Below, piece after piece: positions 38,240-50,589 of a DNA stretch of 64,000 nucleotides. The stretch is from Vicugna vicugna (Eukaryota). Each line of letters begins with the position of its first letter. Positions within the stretch are counted from its first letter, which is position 1. The stretch spans positions 62,001-126,000 of the forward strand of contig MU058016.1 in NCBI GenBank assembly GCA_013265495.1, in the 5' to 3' direction. The position numbers and the translations under genes are program-made. A model generated the notes under the pieces. It did not search any database. It was given only the letters and a program-made list of their open reading frames with translations, and was not told where the DNA came from.

Positions 38240-39000
38240 ATTTATAACAAATATTTAACAAATATTTATTGAGCAATATGATAGCCTCTGGGGATACAGC
38301 TGCCAACAAGGCCAACAGGGCCCCACCCTCTTGGAGCCCATCTTCCAGTGGGAAAGCCAAACGAACAGAATTTCTAATAGTGACAAGTCCCATGGAGAAA
38401 ATAAAACAGGATATCATAATAGAGTGGCTATGGAGGTAGGGTTGCCAGATAAATTGCAGGTCACCCAATTAAATTTAAATTTCAAATTTAAAATAAACAA
38501 CAATATTTGAGTATATGTATATCCCAAATATTGCACAAGACACACTGAAATACTATTTGCTTTCAGAAAATCAAATTTAACTGGGTGTTTTGTATTTTTA
38601 CTTGCTCAATCTGACAATCCCATACAGAGGGTTGTTTTGTTTTATTTTAACATTGCCTGTACAGGGAGTTTCTCTGAGAAGCTAAAATTTGAGTTGAGAC
38701 TTAATGAGGACAAAGAGCAGGCACTGAAAGATCTGATTACAGCATTCCAGGCAGAAAGAACAGGAGGTGCAAAGGCCCCAAGGCAGGAAGCAGGTTGGCT
38801 GGGCATGTTCAAGGACAGATGGAACCACTCCAAACAAAGTGGAACAACGTGGGCAGAGCTGGTAAGAGGTGGAAGGGAAGAAATGAGCAGAGTCCTGGTG
38901 GGGGTGGGTCCTATAGTCATAGTAAGAACTTGAGTTTCCTGTAAGTGAAACCAGGAGCCATTAGGCGGTTTTTAAGCATGGGACTGATGTGATATGATTT
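38240..39000 (-). mobile_element. L2 3' end interrupted by MER53
   Basis: atttaacaaatatttattgagc...gggatacagc... before the MITE; ctctgagaagctaaaatttgagttgagac...gcattccaggcaga...gtgcaaaggcccca after it. Confidence 0.75.
38437..38622. mobile_element. MER53 palindromic hAT MITE
   Basis: Termini tagggttgccagat / atctgacaatccca; internal inverted arms; 8-bp flanks tatggagg (38429-38436) / tacagagg (38623-38630). Confidence 0.85.
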
Positions 39001-40029
39001 ACTAATAACTGCCTCACAGGGCTGTTTTAAGGATTAAGTGAAAAAGGACTTCACTCAATGCTTGAGGCTTTTCCACGTGACAGTCATACTGAAAATACCG
39101 CGACCACAAAATATAACCTCAATCTAGAGCTACTCTGATAGGCCAAAAAAGAAACTGCAATATCCAGAAGTCCTCTCTGCAACATAAGAAAAATATTCTT
39201 ATTAGTTTTTCTATGACATAGTAAATGAAAGCACAGAGAAGATATATAAAGAAGTATAGGATTACTATAGCATATTTAGAAGAAATTATCACCACTTCTT
39301 AGCAAAACTCTTTATAAATATGTCAAGTTTGTCATATTTATATGAAACAAGGAGCCACAGACCCAGGGAGATAACTCTACACAATTCAACTTTATATTTA
39401 TATAGTCTTTTAATGATGCCCTTAATTGATTTTTGTAGCTTAATGTTTTCATTTTTCCCTTCTACCTAATTTTGCCTTGAACATACTAACTGACATTTCG
39501 GGTTCTGATATCTATGATCCCAAATAACCTTGTGCATGAATGTGAATTCATTTATAGAACTTAAAAGATCATATCTAACTTTTCCCAAGTAACTAAAGTG
39601 GAGTCTAAAATGAGAGGCTGCCCTACAAATTGTGTATCACATAAAGTTGCACTAGATATAGTGATCTCTGCCATCAAATGTTTTATTATATTCAAGAAAA
39701 GACACTTATTTTTAAAAAACTCTAAAACCCAAGGGAAAAGTGAATGGTAAGAATTGATCACTGAAGGAATACAGAAGAGTGAAGAATCACTTCTGGCTTG
39801 ACTGATCAAGGAAGATTTGTTGGAAGCATCATCTGAGCTAAGATCTATAGCAGCTGACAGAGTACACTAAGAAGATAGATTGCCACCTGCAAAGGAAAGC
39901 AAAATTCATGGTGCATAGCAAAACTTCAAGAAATGTTAACTATTCATTTTATTACAATTTACTAACTATCTTAAATATTTATAGAGCATCTATTGCTTGA
40001 ATGAATATAAAATTAATATATGCATTACA

Positions 40030-40595
40030 CAGTGATATACAGGAGGTTGGAAAGGTGATGGATAAGTAATATTTGAGCAGAAACCCAAAGGAAATGAGGG
40101 AGGAAACCAAGTAGTGAATCTGAGGGAAAATTTTTCCAGGAAGAGGAAACATTAGGTACCAAGAGACTGAGGCAGGAACATTTTCAGCTTGAGAAACAGC
40201 AAGAAAGACAAAATAGCTGAAACAGAGAGCAAGAGGGGAGTGGGAGGAGACGCTATTGCAGTGATGGCTAAGGTCCAGATCATGCAGGACATTATGATCA
40301 CCAATGAGGACTTTGGACTTGGATGGGATAGGAAGTTGCTGGGGGGCTTTGAGTCGAGTTCCTCTGTAATCCAACCATTTTAAAAGACTCATTCTGGCCT
40401 TTACGTTGACAATAAAATGTGAAAGGGAATGAGTGGGAACAAACTTTAAATAGGAGCTGTCACTATAAATGTGTAAGGGACAATAGTGGCTTTGACCTAG
40501 GTGGTAGATGAGAGATGGTGCAAGCTGTGAAATTCTAGATACACGATGTTTTGAAGGTAGAACTGAGAGGACGAGCCATAGTTTGGATGTGGGGT
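40030..40595 (-). mobile_element. L2 fragment
   Basis: atttgagcagaaacccaaaggaaatgaggg...ttccaggaagagg...cagatcatgcaggac...ttttaaaagactcattctggc...gttttgaaggtagaactg. Confidence 0.75.
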
Positions 40596-40599
40596 ATTC

Positions 40600-40770
40600 A
40601 AGCATCGTGCTAAATGGTTTGCACACTTTACTATATGTAATTCTCACAGCAACCCCACTTTATAGATGAAGGAACCAAGTAATGTTAAGTGATCTTACAA
40701 GGTCACTCATTGAGCAATTAGCAGTAATTAGCAGATCCTAGGTCTACGAGGTTCCAAAGCCAGACAACTT
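40600..40770 (-). mobile_element. MIR SINE
   Basis: attctcacagcaaccccactttatagatgaaggaacc...gttaagtgatcttacaaggtcac. Confidence 0.65.
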
Positions 40771-41454
40771 TCATTTTAAATGTATGCATAAATAAATAGA
40801 ATAAAATAATTGAAAGGGCCTCAAAACATGCACCGATCCACATCCTTACCTTGAGTGAGCACCAAGATTATCTTGGGCAGAACCACAACTTCCACTTGAT
40901 GAGATCAAGGACATAAATGCAAGCACAAAAACAACATTTCTGGGACTGAGTTAAAGGCCAACTAAATGGCACTTAAGAAGCTCACTCACCAGTGGAGCCC
41001 TGGCTGCTGTCCCAGCTCCTGGCACTGGGCCAGATGCCTTCAGGCCCTCATTTCCTCTCAGTCTCTGAAATGGGGACAATCATATCTATTGGCCTGACCC
41101 ATCTCACAAAGACCAACTTAAAAGCCAAATGAAGACAGCATTTTTGATGAGGAAAGCCTGTCCACAAGAGAGACAGTATCGTCACTCTGTAACCAAAACC
41201 AAGAAAAGCTACCAGATTGACTTGTTCCTACTCTGTCATCATCGGCAGCCCTCAAAGCCTCAGGTTTTCACTAGCAAAATGAAAAAAAAATAGGACTAGT
41301 TTCCCTCTAAGATCTCTTTCAGCTTAAAAATGATGTAAGCTTCTGAAACAATTCTCCAGCATAGGCTACAATCCGTCTACTCATTCCTGGTCTGATTTCC
41401 TACTTTCAGTGCTACTGGACAGGCATGTAAATAACCCTATTTGAGTATATACCC

Positions 41455-41820
41455 TGTCACAGAAGCTGTTAGGGTTCTACTCCTATCCCTCAGGCTTTAG
41501 CACTTCAGTGTAGGTATCTGATCTCTCCACCTGCAGTCTCTCTTCCAAACCACACCTCCCCCTCCCCACAGGTGCCTGGAACAGCCCTCAGCCAATGGGT
41601 GCTGGCATTGATGTCTAGGTACTTCAATAACTCAGAGGCAGAGATTCTGCTCTGCTCCCAGTTCCACTGCCCTCAATAACATGCCCCTTCTCAGCTTCCT
41701 TTCACTCCTGACTCACATGCCCCCCTTCCCTGATGCTGGTTCCTGTACCTCACAAGATAAACTACTTGCATTTGAATCTTTGTCACTAAATCAGCTTCTG
41801 GGGGTACCCAAACTAAGGCA
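41455..41820 (+). mobile_element. ERVL solo LTR (LTR16-like)
   Basis: cagccctcagccaatgg...gataaactacttgcatttgaatctttgtc...tcagcttctgggggtacccaaactaaggca terminus. Confidence 0.7.
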
Positions 41821-42179
41821 CATTATATAGACATTTCAATCTCTACCCAATGAGGTTCCCAACTTGATCACTCTATGAGAATAAAAGTAATGTCCTCCAG
41901 CAAGATTCCTTTGGATCATACAATTTTTTTATAGGAGACTATAAAGACAAAATTCATTCCAGAGCCCATAATCTATCCCTTAAAAGTGAGACCCCTTGAG
42001 AACCAGAGCATTCATCTACGATTTTCCTCCTTGATATGGTCCACTGACCTCCTAGAGGAGATAACAGAGTGGACTCCTCAATATCACCCTGTTACACCCT
42101 GGAAAATTATTCTCAACTGATCACAGTCATTCTACCCCATTTCTCAGACCTAGAACCAATCCTGGAAACTATAAGGGTG

Positions 42180-42858
42180 TATGTATTTCTGGGGACTGGA
42201 TTCAACTGCAGATAACACCTAAATCTTAATTAAGCATGTTCAAGAAGTCTGAAAGTCATCTCCCAGACCTAGTGTCCTGCCTTCTATCTGATTCCTTCTA
42301 TCTGGTTGCTCTATCACACACACATGCGGACCACTCCTAAAGTCACCACATGCTCCAAGATCATCAGTGGAGCTCCAGCCATGACAGTCACCTACCAGCC
42401 AGCAAACAGGGGAAAAGGGTGAAGAAGAATATGCACCTTTCTTTAAAGTTACTTCTCAACTCTTCTCATATCCCAGGGGTTAGGCCTCTGGCACATGGCC
42501 ATGGCTAGCCATACAATCTTTATTCTGGGTAGTGGTGTGTCCAGCTGATAATCTGGCCCCCCTCCTTGTCTTCAAAGCCAATGACAGACTGAGTCTTTCT
42601 TACACTTTCAATCTCCCAGACCTCCACCTCTGCCTCATCTCTCTTACTCACTCCTCTGCTATCTTCTAGTTTCAAAGACTCCTGTGATCACATTGGGCCC
42701 ACCTGGGTAGCCCAGGATACTGTCCTTATAGTAAGGTCAGTTATTAGAAAATTTAATCATGTCTACACAGTCCCTCCACCCTGTACCTATACTAGCATTT
42801 GATTGAATAACTGGGACAAGAATCCTGGGGGGACAGCTTTAAAATCCTGCTTACCACA
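42180..42858 (-). mobile_element. MaLR LTR fragments (MLT1 family, probably two elements)
   Basis: caagatcatcagtggagctccagccatgacagtcac...; tcttcaaagcca...gactcctgtgatcacattgggcccacctgggtagcccaggat...ctgcttaccaca. Confidence 0.65.
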
Positions 42859-44845
42859 AGCTTCCTAGAGCTCAAAGCATCCTGATTGACACATCCTCAT
42901 TGAAGACCAAAAGAAAGGTTATATCTCCCCAGATTGTCTCATTCATACTGGGGTATTAAACCCAGAGGAACTGGCTCAGTATTCCAATGTCACAGAATTA
43001 AGACAGACGGATATTCATTAATGATAGAAACAATGATAAACTGGCTAAACAGGGCAGACCTTTCCTCTGCTGTATTATTCTAAATCTGGTCCTTTTGACT
43101 CATACTGCTCCCCTATTTTCTCCTAACATGATGCTTTCCATCAGTTTTTCATTTATTTCAAATCCAATCCCCTAATTCACACATTTTTCTCTAAGTGAGA
43201 TAAAATGGTTATTTAAGAAATAAACATTATTGATTTCAAACCAGGGCTTGAAAATTTAACTGCCTTTCTGGCAAAACCTGTTTCAAAATTTCCTGCCTAG
43301 AAAATGCACAAGCAAGAACCAAGTAGAGGTAATTCTTGTACGCTTTTATTCTGAGATGACCTTCTCTCCGAATCCCATAGGGGAAGTTGGAAAATGGAAG
43401 GAAAGATGGAGGGACTAAATGTCTATAAACATCCTTGGAAAAATAAAATCAAGTACAATGTCTTTTATGAAGAAAATTACCTTAAGTGAAATTCTATTGG
43501 CTAAAATAGGTTTCCCAGACTCTGGTTTGTAGCCTGTAAGTCCATCCCCCATGTGTGTTCTTAATCTTGACTTCTGCCATCATCCACAGCTGAAATTCTA
43601 AATTCTGGCCATGTAATTATATAGCTAGTACATGTATTTCCCCCCTTTGATTGAATACCTAAGAAACCGAGATATGAGGGTACTTGGCTCAGGTCTCATA
43701 TAAAGTCAATGTGGGACCAGTGAGGTCATTAGAGGTAGTAATATCTTTCAGGGGATCTGAGGTTTAAACCATCCTTACTCCCCACCACCCCTAGTATTTG
43801 TTAGGATCTGTTTCTCATTCAATTCTGCAACTCAGCAGATTGGTTCTCACCACAGTGTAACCATTCCAAGATCAAGAATTGTTTATCTCTGTCAGGATAC
43901 ATCAGACAATAGACTGAACTCTGAAGACTTTGGCTCTGGCATTGCACAGACTTGGTTCAAGCTGGCCAGCAGCTCCTGGGAACTTTGTACTTTCCCCTCC
44001 AACATTGAGTTAAAAAACAAACTTGAGGTGGAAAAATTGCTGACAAAAATAAACAAAATGGCATTCATCATTTACGGGAGCTGTCCTCTACAAATAGGAT
44101 CTCTGAGCATTAGTGAGATTGGCTAAATGGCAAGAGGGCCAGGGACCTGCAGGAACAGTTTCTCATTGCAGATAGTGGTGCTTTGGGATCAAAAATCAGT
44201 CCCACTAACTTGTGTGTGGGCAAGAAGAAAAATATAATTCCTTTATGTTTTCTGTAATGAATCTGGTTTTCCTTTAGAGTAATGCCACTCAACCAGAGGT
44301 TAATGGAGAAAAAAAAATAACAAAACATCCAACCGAATTTTAATAATCATCAAGATTTAATTATTTAGACAATCCCTTTAGAAAAAGTCTAGTCTTCTTG
44401 GAACAAACTGTTTGCCTCTCAGGGAGACTTCCCTTCCCTCTCTTCCTAACAAGGTAACTGGGTGGATGTAGAATGGATGTGATTTTCACATCCTCGGGAA
44501 AACAAGGACCTAAAGGCAATGTCAGCTGCTCCTTCTGCTCTGAGGGAGATGCCCCCTGTCCACCGGGTTTGCCTACTAACATTCATAGGCAAGTCTGAGC
44601 TTACACAATCTGGTCTCTCCCACCTTAATCAGAGCCCAGAGAAGCTCCCAGATGACTCAACCTGCCCTTGGTTCCCACTGTCTGGGGCCCCTGGCATCTA
44701 TCTGCCATTTCCCCTTCTCCAGCCCAGGCTCAATTACCGATACTAAGCCTTTGTTGGGAGTACCTCTAGGCCTGCTGACTCTGAACTCAGTATCCACAAC
44801 GCGAAATAAGAAGCTGAATGTCAGAGCCTCCTCCCATCAGCTACA

Positions 44846-44878
44846 GAGCGCCATCTAGTATTTGTGAATGTGGCTGCA
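44846..44878 (-). promoter_or_regulatory. Candidate CTCF binding site with upstream module
   Basis: Minus strand reads TGCAG-ccacattcacaaat-ACTAGATGGCGCTC; core matches the CTCF ACYAGRKGGCGC consensus with its CpG retained. Confidence 0.5.
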
Positions 44879-45131
44879 TTCTAAATTGGTTTGCAACAGC
44901 TCGGTCCTTTGGGTGTAAATAGTTGGAACTCTTGCTCTTCTCTCCTGCACTTTCTCTTTCTCGCTCTGTCTCCACTGCCTTTCCTCCATCCCCTTGGATT
45001 GGCTTTGATACCCAGACAAGATAGGCTTACCAGAGAGGGTTATAGCAGGAAGTATATGGCACATTCAAATAAGGAAACTTTGATATAAAAGTAATAAACA
45101 ATTATTTTCAAATGTGTGCCAAGGTTTAGAG

Positions 45132-45288
45132 CAATGACTCCCAGAATGGGTTAAGGAGAACTGAGATCCTTTCAGGCCAAAGTTATTTTCCCCAAAATTC
45201 TGAGACGTCTGTGCCTTTTCACTCTCTGTCTCCCTCAAGTGTCCAGTGGAGTTTTTCATAGGCTACGTAACATGTAATATTTACAACA
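45132..45288. mobile_element. Charlie1-like hAT terminal fragment
   Basis: gagatcctttcagg...gccttttcactctc...gtgtccagtggagtttttcataggctacgtaacatgtaatat. Confidence 0.6.
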
Positions 45289-47577
45289 AAGGACATCATA
45301 AACAAAATGAAAGGTAAAAAATCAAATGTGGGAAACATTTGTAAAATATATAACAGGCAAGAGATTAACATGCACAAATTTTAAAGAACTCCTTAAATAA
45401 ATTAAAAAAAAAAACCAAACACCCAAGAGAGAAATAGGCAAAGAACATGAATAGGAATTTCACAATAGAAAAATGTGAATTTAAACTCTACTAAGACAAA
45501 CTTTTTTTAAATTTTATTACAGAGATCAGTAAAATATAAAATTGCTTAAGTGTGTCAGCTTTGGCATGCATATGGGAATAAATATCACAGTCATTACTAA
45601 TGGCAATGTAAATTGCTACAGCCACTTCAGAGGTCAATTTGCAATATTTATTTAAATGCACATAATTGATAACTCTGGAATTTCCATTTCTAGGCATCTT
45701 CCCACCTCCTAATCTCTGCACATAGATTAGGAGATATGTATCAGAACTGTAGTGCAGCATTGTTAGAAATAGCTATATTGGTTAGTAATAGCCAAAGAAA
45801 AGGAGCAGAAAAATTTGAATACCCTTCCACACAGTAATGGTTATATAAGTTATGATTTACACACACTATAAAATTGTATGCAGCAAATGAAAAGAAAGGG
45901 ATAGATCCATATGTTTACATAAGAAAGATCACCAAAACATTGCTGAGTCCAAAAAAGCAAGTTGTAAGTTGATATTTCTGTTATGATGGCATATTTACAT
46001 TTATAAATAAATTCACAAGTAGAAATCAGTAGTATTTAAAAAATAACACACCAAAACTTGTTTAGATTCATCTTCACAGTGGAATAATAGGGAATTTATT
46101 AAAAATAGTAGGCCCTGTTATATTGGTCAAATGAGATCAAATAATACTTAGAAGATATGTAACAAAATTCAACATTCTCTCCTAATTTAAAAACCTTAGT
46201 TAACAGTAAGAGGTGGATAATTTTTAAAGTGATGTAATAATATATGTATAAACCCCAAAGCCAGCAATATCCTTTACAGCAAAGCAATAATAGAGGTGTA
46301 ATAATCCTGTGTAAGTCAAGAACAAGGCAAAGATTCCAAATAAGGGCATGGTTACTTAAAAGTGTTTTACAAGAGTGAGCCAATGCATTCAAGTAGAAAA
46401 TGAAATAAGATGTATAATACATGCTGGAAAGTATGAGGCAAATTTTTCATTATTTCTAGATGACATCATTGGGTACTTGAAAAACTGAAGGAAAAAAATT
46501 AAAACAAGAAGAAAAGCCAGTAAAGGAGTAAGTTACAAAACTAATCTACTTTGATGATTTTCCTTTCTACAAAAAGAGATTATAAAATAGGGAAAATAAT
46601 ATTTGTTAAAAATAATAACCAAAAAATAAAAACCAAGTGAACAAAATAAGATAAAACCAAGAGCTATATGAAGAAAGCTTTAAAACTCTATTATAGGACA
46701 CAAAAGAAGACTTGAATAAAGGAAAAACCTGGGTGAGGAGATTCAATATTGAATAGCAATTATTCCTATTTAAATGAATCCATAAAACCAATGTGATCTC
46801 AATCTAAAACTGAATTTTTAAAACATGACTAAATAGTTATAAAGGTCATTTGGAAAAATAAACATGTCAATAAGAGTCAAGAAAAATAAATCTGTCAAAG
46901 AAGAGTTTTAAGGGGAAATGAGTCACTTCAGAAAACAAAATTCATTATAAAGCTACAGTAATTTTAAAATTACAACACTGGTTCAGGAACAGCCACAACT
47001 GATCAGTGTTCAAAACAGAGTCTAGAAATAAACCCAAGTACCTACAGGTATTTAGTTTTTCATAAAGGTGCTACTCGAAAATCAATAGTAAAATATTAAA
47101 TATTCAGTTGAGATATATAGCTAATCTTCTGGAGAAAAACATAACAAAGATGGATTCCTACCTTATTCCTTTCACCAAAGTAAATTTCAAATAGCTCAAC
47201 TATTAATCTGATGCTAAAATAATTAACAATATTATAGCAAATCAAGCTGAATATATTAAAAGAATAACCCCAGTAGATCAGTCATTCCATGGACCCAAAC
47301 ATTTTTGTCTGTTTTGTTCACTAATGTATGATGCCTGACACACAGTAGGTGTACAATAAATATCGGTTCAGTAAATGCATTAACCAAAAAAATTAACAAA
47401 GATACAAAACTATAGAAAACATGAATGATTTTTTAAAAAACTTTGAATTAGGGAGGTCTTTCTCATTACAATAGGAAATCTTGAAACCAGTGGGAAATAA
47501 AAAAGACTGATAAGCCTAGTCAAATGAAAATTAAACTTATCCACTCAATAAAAATTCTCACAGAAAAATAATACATG

Positions 47578-47708
47578 ACAGGGGTGAGTATAGCTTAGTA
47601 GTATAGCACATGCTTAGCATGCACGAGTTTCCAGGTTCAATCCCCAGTATCGCCATTAAAAAAATTATAATAAATAAATAAATAAAAATAGAATGTATTA
47701 AAAGCAAA
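47578..47708 (+). mobile_element. Camelid tRNA-Ala-derived SINE (vic-1 type) with perfect 16-bp TSD
   Basis: gtatagcttagtagtatagcacatgcttagcatgcacgag...ggttcaatccccagta; A-rich tail; TSD agaaaaataatacatg at 47562-47577 and 47709-47724. Confidence 0.9.
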
Positions 47709-48101
47709 AGAAAAATAATACATGGGAGGCAAAAGACAAACTTATTAACATTCAAAAAGAATTTACTAATCAATACTAAAACTCCAACAACTCGGTAGAC
47801 AATGAGCAGAAATTTATGAATAGAGAACACATTACACAGAGATAAATGAGTACAGATGGTCAACAATAACTTCATCAATGATTAAGTAAATCCAAATTCT
47901 TTTCACACCACATTTCTAACCTATAATATTGGAAAAGATAATTTACATGAACTATATGCAGTGTTCATATGTGTCATTTTTTTAGAAAAGAAACTTTCAC
48001 ACATTATCAGCAGAAATAGAGACAGGAACACATTTGTTAAAGTAATTTGGCAATATTTATCAAAATGCTGAGTGAGAATGCTTACCATTTGATTCAGTTG
48101 G

Positions 48102-48441
48102 TGTTGGATTGCAACCTTAGGGCGTTCCCTGGGTGAAATCTGAAACTGACCACATAGGCTTAATAAACAAGGGAACTTAGGAAGGAGGCTTTCCTTGGGT
48201 AGCTGCCAGTAGATCGCTGCACCCACCCCAACCAGAATCTTAACAGTTTATATAGAGGCTTTAAGTGGGTTCAGTCATGGATTCAGTTCAGCTGGTCTAA
48301 ACAACACCTCACTTTCTCCAGGCAGTGCCTTGAAAGAGCTGCTAGTATGGGAGTAGTAGGCAGAAAATACATTCCAAGGACAGGGATCTGCCCCCCTTAC
48401 ATCAACCAGCCTTCGTGTCCTCTCTATGACCTCCTCCAACA
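48102..48441 (-). mobile_element. Solo-LTR-like element inserted in old L1 (family uncertain)
   Basis: Perfect 7-bp inverted termini TGTTGGA...TCCAACA; tttatatag TATA-like motif; host L1 3' sequence resumes on both sides. Confidence 0.6.
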
Positions 48442-49456
48442 ATAAGACTCTCTAAGAATTTGTCCACCGATATACTGTCAATAATGCTCAAAGATGTATA
48501 TTTTTTACAGCATGTTTATAATAGTAAAATTTGGAAGAATCTAAATATTCATCAGTAGGGGTCTCATTAAATAGAAATGTATAAAGACCGAGGAACACCA
48601 CACAGCTATTAAAACAAAGTAAAGCTGCAAAATGAGAAAAATAACTATGATATATATTTAAATTTAAAATAAAATTACAGAACAGCATGAGAATGTTATT
48701 TTTGGCATTTAAAGAAAACTATACATAGATATATATACATCCCATGTGTGAACTTAGAGCATCTGGAGGGAAACATACCTAACTCTTAATAGTGCTTACT
48801 TCTGGTATGGAGCACAGAGGACTTCTCATATCATCCACAGTTTTGAGCTGTCAGAACTTTAGTCATTTGTTAGCTTTATTTAAAAAAAAATTTTTTTTAA
48901 AAATTGGTTAAAATTTTAAGAGAGTATGGAAAAGGCTTACTATTTATAATAAAGAATGAATTTAATATAGGACACATAATATATTGATATTAATTAATAC
49001 CAACTTAATATTAACTATATATTAATATGGGACATAATCGTGGGCATTAGTAGGTAGACCTGTGTTTGAATTCAGCTTTATTCCTTACTTACTCTCAATA
49101 ATTTGTCAAACGCATATTTACTGAGATACTAGTGCCTCTGTGCTAACCACTAGATTTCTAGCAATTTATGAGACAGAATAGACCCTGCTCTTTTGGAGCC
49201 AACAATCCCAGTTCTATCACTTAATCTAGCTGGACTTTAGTTTCCCCATCTGTAAAATGGGAATAGCAATGCCCACCTCCTAGACTATCATGAAAATTAA
49301 AACAGGTTATGCATGTGAAAGTATTTAGCTAGTGCCTGGAACATAATAAGCACTCAGAAAATACTGGCTGAATGTAAAATGTGTAGGTTCACTAGCCTGG
49401 GTTTTTAGTGGAAACAGACAACAAAACTACCTTTGGAAAACAAATGATAGAGATAC

Positions 49457-49803
49457 TGTCTTATTCACCTCAGACTGCTGTAACAAAACACCATAGAGAG
49501 AGAAATTTATTTCTTACAGTTCTGGAGGCTGGGAAGTTCAGGACTGAGGTGTTCATAGATTTTGTTCCTGAAAAGAGCTCTCTTCCTGGTTTGCAGATGG
49601 CCACCTTCTTGCTGTGTCATCACATGGCATAGAGAGCCTTCTGGTCTCTCTTCTTATAAAGACACTAATCCCATCATGATGACCTCACCCTCAAGACCTC
49701 ATCTGAAACTAAATATCTCCCAAAGGCCCGCCCCCAAATACCATCACAGTAGGGGTCAAGGCTTCAACATATAAATTTGAGGAAGGACATATTCAGTCCA
49801 TAA
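49457..49803 (-). mobile_element. MLT1A-type MaLR solo LTR
   Basis: tgtctta...ctgctgtaacaaaacaccatag...cagttctggaggctgggaagttc...ggcttcaacatataaatttg...attcagtccataa; 5-bp flanks gatac/gatat. Confidence 0.88.
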
Positions 49804-50589
49804 GATATCAATACATATATTCATTGCATGAAAGGATACTGCTCCCTTCTCAGAATCAACGAGGATATAAATATTATTTTATTTGAATGATTTGTCAGCA
49901 ATCCTGTGAACAAATGATAGTTTTAATACGTCAAATTGGCATATGTCATCACAAAAAAGCTCTTGGGATGTGTCTGGATTTGCTAGTTACTGCCAGGCTC
50001 ATATCCTGGAATTCCCAGCTTTAATCTGTAAATGAAAGATGATAGAATTGGTATTTCATAATTTCATTCAAATATGGACTAACCTGACTCAGATTTTTAA
50101 ATATTTATTTTTAAATGTATTTTAACAATCTTTAATTATGATGCTGTGAAAACAGTTTCAAAGCAACTATTTTTCATTGGTTTGCTCAACTAAATTGAGA
50201 TGAAAAGAGATGTAATCAGTAAGAAGGAGATAAAAGAGAAGAAAGAATAGATAATACTTATATTGAACCCATTGAGAACAATCCAAATAATTACATTTCT
50301 ACCCAGATTACTCATATATAAAGATTGAAAAGGCTCTTCAGTTTGGAAATCACTTGGTCAGCTTGAATTAGAGGTGATTTTGCTATTTTAATATGGTAGA
50401 CGTGGTGAAGAGGGATCACTTTTATTTCAGCCAAGACATTTTGGCTTTTTGGTATTTTGGGATTATTCTGTGATTTATTCTCTCTGATGATAAATTGAAT
50501 AACTAAGAAAATAGATTGACAAGGGTAACTTTAAAAACAATAACTTCAATTTTAAAGCCCAAAATGTAATAAAAGGACCCAATAATTCA

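Larger units (their letters stand above)
45289..48900 (+). mobile_element. Ancient L1M/L1ME fragments (ORF2 and 3' UTR, at least two pieces) with later insertions
   Basis: aaataggcaaagaacatgaatagg; aaaattcaacattc...aaaccccaaagccagc...aagtcaagaacaaggcaaag; ttatttctagatgacatcatt (FADD-like remnant); cattataaagctacagtaat. Confidence 0.7.

Noticed and set aside
39979..40647. 222-aa minus-strand ORF (likewise 14695-15276, 28302-28832, 33336-33893)
   Set aside because: The first three lie in decayed L2/L1/MIR sequence; none has a recognisable domain or exon signals.
47578..47655. tRNA-Ala-like sequences here and at 55198-55273
   Set aside because: Stems mutated, followed by A-rich tails and flanked by TSDs: SINEs, not tRNA genes.
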